DNA of 64,000 nt from Candidatus Flemingiibacterium sp. (GTDB lineage: Bacteria; Bacillota; Clostridia; Oscillospirales; CAG-272). The notes beneath the pieces are model-generated. The model did not search any database. It had not been told where the DNA came from and saw only the letters and a program-made list of their open reading frames with translations. The DNA lies in the NCBI GenBank assembly GCA_045579745.1, contig JAZNMQ010000024.1, forward strand, positions 14,612 through 78,611. The letters run 5' to 3'. Position 1 is the stretch's first letter; each line of letters starts with the position of its first letter. The position numbers and the translations under genes are program-made. Below are positions 17,741 through 27,526 of the stretch, piece after piece.

Positions 17741-18457
17741 ATGAAAGCATTTCTGATGATGGGTCAATCAAACATGGCGGGCAGAGGCCACATCGGAACT
17801 GTCCCTCCGATAAAGAATCCAAATTGCTTCGTTTTGCGCATGGGGCGTTGGCAGCAGCTCACAGAGCCGATTAATGTCGACCGCGGAGTATTTGCAAACG
17901 ACACGATTTACGACCTTTGCAGCGGCATAAACCCCGGCGGTTCGTTCGCTGACAGTTATCAAAAATATTATGGAGAGCAGGTCGGCTTGATCCCCTGCGC
18001 GGATGGCGGCACTACGCTTGCCGATTGGAAAATTGACGGACAGCTTTTTCTTCACGCTTATTATCAAGCAAAGCTCGCCATGAACGTCAGCGAGATTGTC
18101 GGTATAATTTGGCATCAAGGGGAGAGCGATTCTAATACCGAGGAGAAGGCATTCTCCTACAAGGAACGTTTTCTAACCATTATGGACGAATTTCAGAACC
18201 GTCTTGGTTTAAATCTTGATATCGTTGTTGGCGAGCTTGGATATTATCTCGACGATTATGCAAAGCCGCTTCCTTATTGGCGCGATATCAACAAGACGCT
18301 TCATGAGCTTGCCCACGAGCGTGACAACATCGCAATTGCTACAGCCGAGGGGCTCGAAGACTGCGGCGATAAGCTTCATTTTTCCGCAATTGCTCAGCGC
18401 GAATTTGGAAAAAGATATTTTGAAGCATACAAAAATCTTAGGGAACGCCAAAGATAG
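17741..18457 (+). CDS. SGNH / DUF303-type carbohydrate acetylesterase (sialate O-acetylesterase-like)
   Basis: 238 aa. N-terminal LMMGQSNMAGRG (the GQSNM serine block), WHQGESD, and a C-terminal D..H. Confidence 0.7.
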   Translation: MKAFLMMGQSNMAGRGHIGTVPPIKNPNCFVLRMGRWQQLTEPINVDRGVFANDTIYDLCSGINPGGSFADSYQKYYGEQVGLIPCADGGTTLADWKIDGQLFLHAYYQAKLAMNVSEIVGIIWHQGESDSNTEEKAFSYKERFLTIMDEFQNRLGLNLDIVVGELGYYLDDYAKPLPYWRDINKTLHELAHERDNIAIATAEGLEDCGDKLHFSAIAQREFGKRYFEAYKNLRERQR

Positions 18458-18516
18458 GCTACCATTAATAATCATACCCATCGGGGGCGCTGAATTGTCA
18501 ATTGAATACAGACGCA

Positions 18517-18551
18517 AAAAGGCTGTTGCACAATCCGTGCAACAGCCTTTT
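18517..18551. terminator. Bidirectional terminator between the acetylesterase gene and ftsZ
   Basis: AAAAGGCTGTTGCAC aatcc GTGCAACAGCCTTTT (15 bp), with A/T runs on both sides. Confidence 0.8.
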
Positions 18552-18562
18552 GATAATCTTTA

Positions 18563-19711
18563 TTAGTTTCTGTTATTCTTCTGAAGGATACCGAGGATTT
18601 CGCCGAAATCGTCATCGGAAATAAGCTCGTCGCCCTGCTCTTTCTTAACAGAAGCCTCAGCCTTAGGCGCTTCTTCTGCCTTAGGAGCAGCGGTTTCCTT
18701 TGCAGCAGCCTCTGCCTTGATCTGTGATTCAACAGTATTCTGCATGCTCTTGGGAGCATTGTCGAAACCGGTTGCGATAACGGTTACGCGCATTTCGTCT
18801 TCAAGCTCGGGATCGAATGCAGCACCCCAAATGATGTTTGCATCAGGATGTGCCTCGTCAGCAACCATATTAGACGCGATATCAACCTCCTCAAGTCCGA
18901 TGTCGGGAGAAGCTGTAATGGAAATAATAATTCCGCGCGCACCTGCGATAGAGGTTTCAAGAAGCGGGCTGGAGATTGCAGCCTTAGCCGCGAGAACAGC
19001 CTTGTCCTTACCCTTGCCGTCACCTACGCCCATGTGAGCATAGCCTGCACCCTTCATGATTGCAGAAACGTCAGCAAAGTCAAGGTTGATGAAGCCGTTG
19101 ACGTTAATCAACTCAGCAACGCTCTGAACGCCGCGTCTGAGAACATCATCAGCTACCTCGAACGCGTTAACAAGAGTAATGCGAGTATCGGATACCTGCT
19201 TGAGTCTTTCGTTAGGGATGATAATAAGCGAGTCAACGCTGTCGATAAGGTTCTTTATACCGGTTTCTGCCTGCATCATACGGCGTCTGCCCTCAAATGC
19301 AAACGGCTTTGTTACAACACCGATTGTGAGGATGCCCATATCCTTAGCAGTCTTTGCGACAACAGGAGCCGCACCGGTACCTGTACCGCCACCCATACCT
19401 GCGGTAATGAATACCATATCTGCGCCTTCAAGCTCTTTTTTAATTTCCTCAATCGATTCCTCGGCAGCTCTTGTTCCGATTTCAGGATTAGCACCTGCGC
19501 CATGGCCCCTTGTGATCTTCTCGCCGATATCCGTTTTCTTGCCAGCGTTAGAGTGCGAAAGAGCCTGTCTATCGGTATTGATAGCGATAAATTCCGCTCC
19601 GCGTACATTGGTTGTAATCATGCGGTTAACAGCGTTATTTCCGCCGCCGCCTACACCTATAACTTTTATATCAACGCCACTGTCAAAGTTATCATCAAGT
19701 TCGTATGCCAT
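18563..19711 (-). CDS. ftsZ: Cell division GTPase FtsZ
   Basis: [13 protein letters not shown] and [13 protein letters not shown] tubulin signatures. A/E/K/P-rich linker and a C-terminal [11 protein letters not shown] peptide. SD aggagg. Confidence 0.95.
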   Translation of the reverse strand: MAYELDDNFDSGVDIKVIGVGGGGNNAVNRMITTNVRGAEFIAINTDRQALSHSNAGKKTDIGEKITRGHGAGANPEIGTRAAEESIEEIKKELEGADMVFITAGMGGGTGTGAAPVVAKTAKDMGILTIGVVTKPFAFEGRRRMMQAETGIKNLIDSVDSLIIIPNERLKQVSDTRITLVNAFEVADDVLRRGVQSVAELINVNGFINLDFADVSAIMKGAGYAHMGVGDGKGKDKAVLAAKAAISSPLLETSIAGARGIIISITASPDIGLEEVDIASNMVADEAHPDANIIWGAAFDPELEDEMRVTVIATGFDNAPKSMQNTVESQIKAEAAAKETAAPKAEEAPKAEASVKKEQGDELISDDDFGEILGILQKNNRN

Positions 19712-19796
19712 TTCAGTATCCTCCTAAATTTCTATGTCTGTTTTTTATTAAACGATTTTTATACATGCGTGCCGGGACTCGATTATAATGTAACTG

Positions 19797-20669
19797 TCAT
19801 TCAAATTCTATCGACGCCTTAGGATCCTTTATTACAGAGCATTCGCTCGGGTCGTTTGCATCAATAAGTGCCGGAATTCTGTCATCAAAAACCGATGTAT
19901 CAAGTATTCCCGCAACAGCCGAGAGCTTTGTTCCAAGCTCATCTCCGTTTCCGAGCTCGGCAAGGTAAATTCCGTCGCATATCACAGCAACGTTGAATCT
20001 ATCCCGAATATCAAATGCCGTAGTTTTGTCAAACAAATCACTCGACTCAAGCACATCGAGATACGACTTTACATATCTCTCCGTTCTATCCGATTCGAAC
20101 ACTATTTTCGAGCCGACGATAGCTGAATTAATCTCGGGTAAAACTATCTCAACAAGTCCGAGCTCATCAGCCTTTGCCCCATCGAACAAGCGGTCAAGCA
20201 CCCTGAGCTCACTTGAAAGAACAAAATATTCTCCGTAAAGCTCACTCACATAAACGGGTTCATCCTCGGTTATACTGATAACGAGTGTGTTCGGAAGTTT
20301 TCGTATAACTCTGGCATTTTCGATATATGCCAGCTTTTTTGTGAGAATCTCCAGATCGCGATTTGATATCTCGTAAAGGCTTTGCCCTTCCTCAATACCG
20401 ACGGTCGTCACGATTTGCTCCTTGCTGTATCGTGAGGTGCCTGTAATTTCGATTGCCTTAATCTTAAAGAACACGGCAAGGCAAATTATCGCAAAAGCAA
20501 TGACGAGTGCTGCGAATATAACAAGATACGCGAGGCGTGAGATTCGTTTTTTTACTTTTTTTCGCTTAACAAATCGCTGCAGGCTTTCCTTGCTTTTGAT
20601 TTGCTGAAGCTCTACCTCATCGCCGGTAAAGTATCTGCTTTCCCGACGGTTATTTGGCTTTTCTGTCAT
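19797..20669 (-). CDS. ftsQ: Cell division protein FtsQ/DivIB (POTRA domain)
   Basis: Basic cytoplasmic N-terminus, one TM (LAYLVIFAALVIAFAIICLAVFF), then a POTRA-like IKAIEITGTSRYSKEQI. Start taken at ATG 20669; the ORF track starts at TTG 20720. Confidence 0.75.
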   Translation of the reverse strand: MTEKPNNRRESRYFTGDEVELQQIKSKESLQRFVKRKKVKKRISRLAYLVIFAALVIAFAIICLAVFFKIKAIEITGTSRYSKEQIVTTVGIEEGQSLYEISNRDLEILTKKLAYIENARVIRKLPNTLVISITEDEPVYVSELYGEYFVLSSELRVLDRLFDGAKADELGLVEIVLPEINSAIVGSKIVFESDRTERYVKSYLDVLESSDLFDKTTAFDIRDRFNVAVICDGIYLAELGNGDELGTKLSAVAGILDTSVFDDRIPALIDANDPSECSVIKDPKASIEFE

Positions 20670-20857
20670 TTTATGCCCCCGCGAAAGCTCATGTTTTCCC
20701 AAACGAAGGCGTTTATTCAATCCGAATATTAATTAAAAATGGTCAAATTACCGCCTTTATAATATTATAACATAATGCATTTCAAAAAGTCAAGTATATC
20801 GTGCGTATTTATACATTATTTTAACGATTTTTTGTCGACATTTTGAGTTTTTCGCAT

Positions 20858-21979
20858 TTATTTTGCCTTAGCAAGTGTGCACAGGTCGTAAAAAATGCTT
20901 CGGTTGGCATCGGAAAGTGCAAATTCCGCAATATTTTTTGACATTTCACGTCTTTTTGCAGCTTCGTTCAATAAGCCTTCCATCGCCTTTGTGAGCTTGC
21001 CATCAGTCAGTTCCTTTTCCTCAAAAAGGAGTGCGGCATTCTTATCGGCGAGAACCTTTGCGTTTTTGTACTGATGATTATCCGTAACATGGGGCGACGG
21101 TATCAGCACACAGCATTTTTTGAGTATCGCCAGCTCAGAGAGCGTCATCGCGCCTGCACGGCTTACCACAATATCCGCCGCTGCCATTTGGCTTGGCATA
21201 TCGTAAATGTATTCGAGAAGCTTTATATTTTCGCATCCCTCAAGTCCATACTCTCGGAATTTTTCCTTAGCAGCCTCATATTCAATCGAGCCTGTCGCGT
21301 GAACATGCAAAAGCTCGGGATGGCTTTTTGTGTAGTCGCGCATAAAAGCAAGCATTTCGTCATTAACCTTTTCAGCGCCCATGCTTCCGCCGTACGAAAG
21401 CAGGAACTGCTTATATTTTCCGTCAATTCCGAGCTTTTTTCGTTCCTCGTTGTAATCGAGAGTTGAAAATTCGGGCTTTATCGGATTGCCTACTTTTTTT
21501 ATCTTTTTTGCATGTGCCGGCCCAAGTGCATCTGCCGTTGCATCGAAATTCGTGTAGATTCTGTCGACATATTTGGCAAGCATTCTTACGGCAACTCCGG
21601 GAATAGCGTTCGATTCATGTATCGCCGTTGGGATCCCGAGCGACGATGCCGCCTTCAAAAGCGGCCAGCACACATATCCTCCCGTTCCGACAACAAGGTC
21701 AGGCTTAAAGTCGCGAATCAGCTTTTTCGCCTTGATTGGCGAGGTAAATGCAAGCCATGCCGATTTAATATTATACGGCGTCAGCTTTCGCTTAAAGCCC
21801 TGAACATCGACGTGATGAAGCTTGTAGCCATCCTTGGGAACGAGCTTGTTTTCTATGCCGCGCGAGGTTCCAACAAATTCAATCACCGAGCCCGGGAGAT
21901 TGTCACGTATACTGTTTGCAATGGCGATCGCGGGATTAACATGTCCTCCCGTGCCGCCTCCTGTCATTAAAACCTTCAC
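20858..21979 (-). CDS. murG: Undecaprenyl-PP-MurNAc-pentapeptide:UDP-GlcNAc GlcNAc transferase
   Basis: 373 aa. GGTGGHVNPAIA motif, plus GGS.GA and SRAGA..L.E in the C-terminal half. Confidence 0.9.
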   Translation of the reverse strand: MKVLMTGGGTGGHVNPAIAIANSIRDNLPGSVIEFVGTSRGIENKLVPKDGYKLHHVDVQGFKRKLTPYNIKSAWLAFTSPIKAKKLIRDFKPDLVVGTGGYVCWPLLKAASSLGIPTAIHESNAIPGVAVRMLAKYVDRIYTNFDATADALGPAHAKKIKKVGNPIKPEFSTLDYNEERKKLGIDGKYKQFLLSYGGSMGAEKVNDEMLAFMRDYTKSHPELLHVHATGSIEYEAAKEKFREYGLEGCENIKLLEYIYDMPSQMAAADIVVSRAGAMTLSELAILKKCCVLIPSPHVTDNHQYKNAKVLADKNAALLFEEKELTDGKLTKAMEGLLNEAAKRREMSKNIAEFALSDANRSIFYDLCTLAKAK

Positions 21980-21997
21980 TGTAAATTGACCTCTATT

Positions 21998-23404
21998 CTA
22001 TTTCTGCTGCTTTGAAAAGCGCGAGATTGATAATACAATTCCCATTTCCACCATTAGCACGCACAGCGATGAACCGCCGTATGAGAAAAACGGCAGGGAA
22101 ATACCCGTATTCGGCATTGAGTTTGTAACGACCGCAATGTTGAGAAGGCTCTGTAACGCCACCTTACCGACAATTCCCATAACGACAAGCGACGAGAAGG
22201 TGTCGGGAGCCTTCATCGCGATAATCATACCTCGCCATGTAAATAGGATGAACAGCAAAATTACCGCTATAGCTCCGATAAATCCAAGCTCCTCACAGAG
22301 AATTGTATAAATAAAGTCGTTCTGCGGCTGTGACACAAACTGCTTCTGCCGCCCCTCTCCGAGTCCTGTGCCGAAAAATCCGCCCGAGCCAATTGCATAA
22401 AGCCCCTGCAGGGTTTGGAAGCCGTCATCAAGCGGGTCGTTTTCAGGGTGGAGCCAAATATCTATTCGTCTTTTTGTGTAGTCCGTAAATATACTCACCA
22501 AAATAAGTCCGCCTGCGCCAAGACCGCCGAGCGCCATCATAAGTCTAAGCGGTGTTCCGCTTGCAAAAATGACGATCAAGCCTATCATCAGCATGATGAT
22601 CGTGCCGGACATGTGCCTTTCTATGATTACAAGCAAGCAAGCAATCGCTGTAATGACAAGCGGAACGAATGAGCCGAAAAAGGATGAGCGAATAAGATTG
22701 TTTTTGTCTGTTACACGCTCGTAATATCTGTCAAAATACCACGCGAGCATCAAAACGAGTCCAAGCTTCATAAACTCAGACGGCTGTATTTCCGTAAAAC
22801 CAATTGAGATCCAGCGTTTAGCGCCGTGATGCACTTTGCCTATAAAAGGCACAAGCGCGAGCAGGAAAAGACTTCCAACAAAAGCCGGAATCGAAAGGCG
22901 TTTATACCATTCAGGCTTAAACCACGCCGCAAACAGCATTCCGATAAATCCTACAACGATAAATATAAACTGACGGAAAATAATGTAGTAGCTATCACCG
23001 TATTCAATTTTAGAATAGGCATAGCTTGCGGAATAAACCATGATCGTGCCAAACGCAAGCAGGATCAGAACCAGGATCAAAAAGACGTAATCGACGCTTC
23101 CCATCTCACGAACTATGTTGCGTTGTTCAAGCACTGTACGGTCAACCGCAAATGTACGCTTCCAGAAGCTGAGTGCACCTTCGGAGCTGCGCTTTTGGCG
23201 ATGAACATCAACCGGCGCCATATTTCTCGGGGGAGTTGCTTGATTTTTGCTTACTCTGTTCTGCGTGGGGTTTTGAGGGCGATTATTATTCGTCATTTGC
23301 TGCCGTGGCTGCGGACGTCTGTTCGGCTGAGGCTGAGAGTTACTCTGACGGTTTGACGAAGAATCATTGCCAGATTTATAGTTATAATTGTTTCTGTTAT
23401 TCAA
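21998..23404 (-). CDS. ftsW: SEDS-family peptidoglycan polymerase FtsW/SpoVE with a ~100-aa N-terminal extension
   Basis: The core from about residue 101 (MGSVDYVFLILVLILLAFGTIMVYSAS...) carries SEDS motifs. It starts at TTG 23404, 8 nt downstream of SD AAAGGAGG. Confidence 0.85.
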   Translation of the reverse strand: MNNRNNYNYKSGNDSSSNRQSNSQPQPNRRPQPRQQMTNNNRPQNPTQNRVSKNQATPPRNMAPVDVHRQKRSSEGALSFWKRTFAVDRTVLEQRNIVREMGSVDYVFLILVLILLAFGTIMVYSASYAYSKIEYGDSYYIIFRQFIFIVVGFIGMLFAAWFKPEWYKRLSIPAFVGSLFLLALVPFIGKVHHGAKRWISIGFTEIQPSEFMKLGLVLMLAWYFDRYYERVTDKNNLIRSSFFGSFVPLVITAIACLLVIIERHMSGTIIMLMIGLIVIFASGTPLRLMMALGGLGAGGLILVSIFTDYTKRRIDIWLHPENDPLDDGFQTLQGLYAIGSGGFFGTGLGEGRQKQFVSQPQNDFIYTILCEELGFIGAIAVILLFILFTWRGMIIAMKAPDTFSSLVVMGIVGKVALQSLLNIAVVTNSMPNTGISLPFFSYGGSSLCVLMVEMGIVLSISRFSKQQK

Positions 23405-23449
23405 ACCGATTGCCTCCTTTATAATTTAAAGTCCGAAATAAGCTGCTAC

Positions 23450-24433
23450 TTAAAGTCCGAAATAGGCTGCCACGCCTGCGAGAACCGTCACAATGGAGAA
23501 AACACCCACTATTTTCAGCTCTGTCCAACCGCATTTTTCAAAATGATGATGAATAGGTGCCATTTTAAAGAGTCGCTTACCATGAGTCAGCTTAAAATAT
23601 CCGACCTGAATAATAACCGACGCTGCTTCACAAATATAAATAATTCCGATGATTATTACGATAAGCGGATTTCCGATCGCGTATGCCATTCCGATAACAA
23701 GCCCTCCAAGGAAGAGCGAGCCTGTATCTCCCATAAAAACGCGCGCCGGATAGAAATTGTACACAAGAAAGCCAAGACAGCCTCCTATAGTGATACCGGC
23801 AAGAAACGCTTCGGGAAGATTTCCGAGCGTAAATGCTGCAACGGCAAAAAATGCTCCGACACACAAGGTCACACTGCTTGCAAGTCCGTCTATTCCGTCT
23901 GTCAGGTTTACACTGTTAATAATTCCCGTTATAAGCAAAATGGATACAATATAATAGAATATACCAAAGTCAAGCTCGATATTCGCGAATGGAATAAAAA
24001 ACGAGGTTGTCAGATTTCCCGTAAGCTTTAGCGCGGCAAGAAACGCACCTGCGCTTATAAGCTGAAGCAGATATTTCTGCGAAGCGGTAAGCCCTTCGTT
24101 GCGGTGATTCTTGAATTTCGTCAAATCGTCAACCACGCCGATAGCTCCGTTGGCGGTTGCCATAAGCATGACAATCACGAGCTTTTCGAGCCCTTCGAGC
24201 TTGTTTTGTGCCAACAAAACAATAATCAAAGCAACAAAAACGACAAGTGATGCGGCGATGAAGCTGAGCCCTCCCATCGTGGGAGTTCCTTCCTTGCTTT
24301 TGTGCCAGCGAGGTCCGATATCGAGTATCTGCTGACCAAGCTTCATGCTTTTCAGCTTAGGTATAAGAAAGCGAGCAGTCACCGCTGTCAGCAAAAATGT
24401 TGCAGCCATCACGGCGATAAAATAATAAATCAT
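23450..24433 (-). CDS. mraY: Phospho-N-acetylmuramoyl-pentapeptide transferase
   Basis: 327 aa. NLTDGIDGLA, MGDTGSL and APIHHH motifs. Confidence 0.95.
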   Translation of the reverse strand: MIYYFIAVMAATFLLTAVTARFLIPKLKSMKLGQQILDIGPRWHKSKEGTPTMGGLSFIAASLVVFVALIIVLLAQNKLEGLEKLVIVMLMATANGAIGVVDDLTKFKNHRNEGLTASQKYLLQLISAGAFLAALKLTGNLTTSFFIPFANIELDFGIFYYIVSILLITGIINSVNLTDGIDGLASSVTLCVGAFFAVAAFTLGNLPEAFLAGITIGGCLGFLVYNFYPARVFMGDTGSLFLGGLVIGMAYAIGNPLIVIIIGIIYICEAASVIIQVGYFKLTHGKRLFKMAPIHHHFEKCGWTELKIVGVFSIVTVLAGVAAYFGL

Positions 24434-24455
24434 GATATTGCTTCTCCTGAGAAGA

Positions 24456-25889
24456 TCAAATATTGTGGTCCGAGTCTATCATTTGTTTAAGCTCATCAAT
24501 AACGCGTTCAAGCTTGACCGCACGGCTCGCCTTAAACAGAACCGCATCTCCGTGACGCACAAGGTCATGCACCACCTTAGCAGTTGCGCTCGGATTGTCA
24601 ATATTTGTGTTAATGCTGATCTTTTCATGCTTGAGTGCATGGTTTATCGCGCCGAGAGCGATATTCTCCGCCTCTCTGCCAAAGGTTACAAGGTGCGAAA
24701 TATGTCTTGCCGCAACAAGCGTGCCAATCTCCATATGCAGCTGCTTTGAATATTCTCCGAGCTCGCGCATGTCACCAAGCACCGCAATCGTACGACATCC
24801 GTTCTTATCTGCCATCTTCGCAAGAACCTCAACAGCCGCCTTCATTGATTCCGGTCCGGCATTATAGCAATCCTCTATTATCGTGATACCGCAGTATTCA
24901 TATATATTCTGGCGCATACCGGTATTATGGAATGCCATCAAGCCTTGCTTTATTTCCTCGTCGCTCATGCCGAGAAGCACACCGACAGCGAATGCGTAGG
25001 TTGCATCGTAAACATTATGGCGACCGATCGTCGGTATCTTAACGTTAGTAACAACACGCTTGCCAATGAGCAAATCAAACTCTGTGCTGTCCTCATATTC
25101 ACGAATATTCAGCGCACGGAAATCCGCCTTAGGATTTACAAGCGAAACATAAATTTGATTCGGTGCAAGCTTTCCCTTCTTGTCAAACAGCATCGGCTCA
25201 TCTGCATTCAGAATCACCCAACCTCCGTTTGGCACTCCCTCGATAATTTCAAGCTTTGCTTTGCAGATATTTTCCCTTGAGCCGAGGTTTTCAATATGAG
25301 AATTGCCTACATTTGTGATAATCGCAATATCCGGCTTTGCAATATGAGTCATTCTCGAAATCTCGCCGAGATCGCTCATGCCCATTTCGAGCACGCATAC
25401 CTCAACCTTTTCCGACATTTCAAGCAAAGTCAGCGGCATGCCGATTTCGTTATTGTAATTGCCGGTAGTTTTATGCGCGGTGAATTTTCTGCTGACAACC
25501 GCATGAACAAATTCCTTGGTGGTTGTTTTGCCCACGCTTCCCGTGACCGCAATTGTTTTCGGTGAAATTCTTGATTTATATGCTTCTGCTATTTTCCCGA
25601 GTGCGCCTATCGAGCTTGGTGTGACGAGCACACGGCTGCGCTCGTCATCGTCAAGCCCCTCGGGTATTCTTTCGGCAATTACTGCGCCTGCACCTCGCGA
25701 AATTGCCTGTGTGATGTAATCATGTCCGTCAAAACGCTCGCCCTTCAACGCGATAAAGAGTGCACCTGATTCCGATTCTCTCGAATCGGTAACAATGCTT
25801 GTGATATCGGCTTCTGCCGATATATCCGCATCGAGAATTTTTGCAAGCTCTGTAGTTGAAAAGATAGCCTTGCTGTATTTGATACCCAT
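24456..25889 (-). CDS. murF: UDP-MurNAc-tripeptide:D-Ala-D-Ala ligase
   Basis: Mur ligase P-loop VTGSVGKTTTK and a C-terminal DMRELG. Start ambiguous: ATG 25889 (used here) or GTG 25922, which directly abuts the murE stop. Confidence 0.85.
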   Translation of the reverse strand: MGIKYSKAIFSTTELAKILDADISAEADITSIVTDSRESESGALFIALKGERFDGHDYITQAISRGAGAVIAERIPEGLDDDERSRVLVTPSSIGALGKIAEAYKSRISPKTIAVTGSVGKTTTKEFVHAVVSRKFTAHKTTGNYNNEIGMPLTLLEMSEKVEVCVLEMGMSDLGEISRMTHIAKPDIAIITNVGNSHIENLGSRENICKAKLEIIEGVPNGGWVILNADEPMLFDKKGKLAPNQIYVSLVNPKADFRALNIREYEDSTEFDLLIGKRVVTNVKIPTIGRHNVYDATYAFAVGVLLGMSDEEIKQGLMAFHNTGMRQNIYEYCGITIIEDCYNAGPESMKAAVEVLAKMADKNGCRTIAVLGDMRELGEYSKQLHMEIGTLVAARHISHLVTFGREAENIALGAINHALKHEKISINTNIDNPSATAKVVHDLVRHGDAVLFKASRAVKLERVIDELKQMIDSDHNI

Positions 25890-25922
25890 TCTTTTGGTTC
25901 CTTTCGTGCGTTTTTTGTACAC

Positions 25923-27446
25923 TCAGTCGTTTTTGAGGATCCCGTATATTTGGCTGACAGCCTCGCTCACGATCGACTTCTCTGAAAATGAATGCTTTCC
26001 CGAGGCGTCAATTTCGTAGTCCTCATGACCTTTTCCTGCAAGCAGAATTATATCGTTTGTTTGGTGGTTTTCAATTGCATACCGTATTGCCTTTTCACGG
26101 TTCTCGATCACCTTGCAGTTTGATCCCGACGCTACCCCGTGTAATATATCGCAAATAATTGCACGCGGATTTTCGCTTCTGCTGTTGTCTGAGGTAATTA
26201 TGGTCATATCGGCAAGCGTCGTCGCAATCTTTCCCATTATGGGACGTTTTGTGCGATCACGATCTCCTCCGCAGCCGAACAGTACGACAAGTCTTCCGTC
26301 GTTTCCCCTCAGCCTTTTCAGCGTCGTCAGCACATTTTCAAGTGCATCGGGTGTATGCGCAAAGTCAATATACACCGAAAAATCGGCGTCAGGATGAAGC
26401 TGCAATCGCTCCATTCGTCCCGGAACCTGAGGGCAATCCTTAAGCCCTCTTGCAATAACATCGGGAGTTATTCCGAAAAGTCTTGCACAGCTGACAGCCG
26501 CAAGTGTGTTTGATGCCATAAACTCGCCTGTCACATTGCAGGATATTTCGTACTTCGTATTTTTTTCGCAAAGCGTATATGTAACGCCATGCTCTTTGCC
26601 TGCACAAAGACTACAAGCACTATAATCAGCAGCTCTGCCTTTTTTAGAATATGTGACAGAGGGTATCGAAATCTCATCTTGTAATCTATCCGCGTAATCG
26701 GAATCCGCACATATTACAGCCGACTCGCACATATCAAACAATCGGCGCTTTGCAAGATAATAATCTTCCATCGTGCCATGATAGTCGAGATGCTCGCTTG
26801 ACAAGCCCGTAAAGATCCCCGCTGTAAACCGTATCGGGTCGAGCCGATACTGTGAAAGCGAATGAGAAGAAGCCTCGATAAATACGATCTCAACTCCTGC
26901 CCTCTCCATCTCGGCGAGTACGCAGTAAAGCTCTTCGGGCTCGGGTGTAGTCATAGCGTTTACATTTGACTCGGAGGAATCGCTGATAATGCGAACCTTG
27001 TCGCCTATCATACATCTGACCGTACCGATAATACCGGTTACATAGCCCGCGGCTTTGAAAATTTCATTAAGAAAATAGGTCGTTGAGGTCTTGCCGTTTG
27101 TTCCCGTCACAGCTACAATTATGAGCCGTTCGGCAGGCCTGTTGTATATCTCATTCCACATATGTGATACAGCAAGTCGGGTGTTTTCGACAACAACATA
27201 CTGTATCTCGGGATGAGCCTCAATATAAGGGGTAATATGCTCGCATATAATCAAATTCGCACCGCGATTGACTGCCGTTTCGATGAAGTCATGCCCGTCA
27301 ACCCGCGTGCCTTTTATACAGACAAAGGTGTCCGCATTATTACATTCGAGCGAATTGGTTCTTAGCGCTCCGCATTCAATATCGAATGAACAGAGATTGG
27401 TTTTAACAACCTTGACGCATTTAAGTAATGTTCTGAGTGTAGTCAT
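25923..27446 (-). CDS. murE: UDP-MurNAc-L-Ala-D-Glu:diamino-acid ligase (probably meso-DAP adding)
   Basis: 507 aa. VTGTNGKTST P-loop, GCGGDRD, and TSDNSRSENP where DAP-type enzymes carry DNPR. Confidence 0.85.
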   Translation of the reverse strand: MTTLRTLLKCVKVVKTNLCSFDIECGALRTNSLECNNADTFVCIKGTRVDGHDFIETAVNRGANLIICEHITPYIEAHPEIQYVVVENTRLAVSHMWNEIYNRPAERLIIVAVTGTNGKTSTTYFLNEIFKAAGYVTGIIGTVRCMIGDKVRIISDSSESNVNAMTTPEPEELYCVLAEMERAGVEIVFIEASSHSLSQYRLDPIRFTAGIFTGLSSEHLDYHGTMEDYYLAKRRLFDMCESAVICADSDYADRLQDEISIPSVTYSKKGRAADYSACSLCAGKEHGVTYTLCEKNTKYEISCNVTGEFMASNTLAAVSCARLFGITPDVIARGLKDCPQVPGRMERLQLHPDADFSVYIDFAHTPDALENVLTTLKRLRGNDGRLVVLFGCGGDRDRTKRPIMGKIATTLADMTIITSDNSRSENPRAIICDILHGVASGSNCKVIENREKAIRYAIENHQTNDIILLAGKGHEDYEIDASGKHSFSEKSIVSEAVSQIYGILKND

Positions 27447-27526
27447 ATTCCTGCCTCCGCATGCACAAATATCATTATTTATACTTGATATTTACGCATG
27501 CGAGGGGCTTATTATGACAGTCAGTA

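Noticed and set aside
18848-19822. 324-aa ORF on the + strand, antisense to ftsZ. Similar long antisense ORFs occur at 805-1248, 7121-7699, 11784-12440, 14589-15047, 22826-23356, 29315-29923, 53002-53628, 59174-59758 and 60740-61384.
   Set aside because: All lie entirely within well-supported genes on the other strand. They lack SD sites, and their translations are low-complexity or Cys/Arg/Ser-rich with no recognisable motifs. They are typical shadow ORFs.
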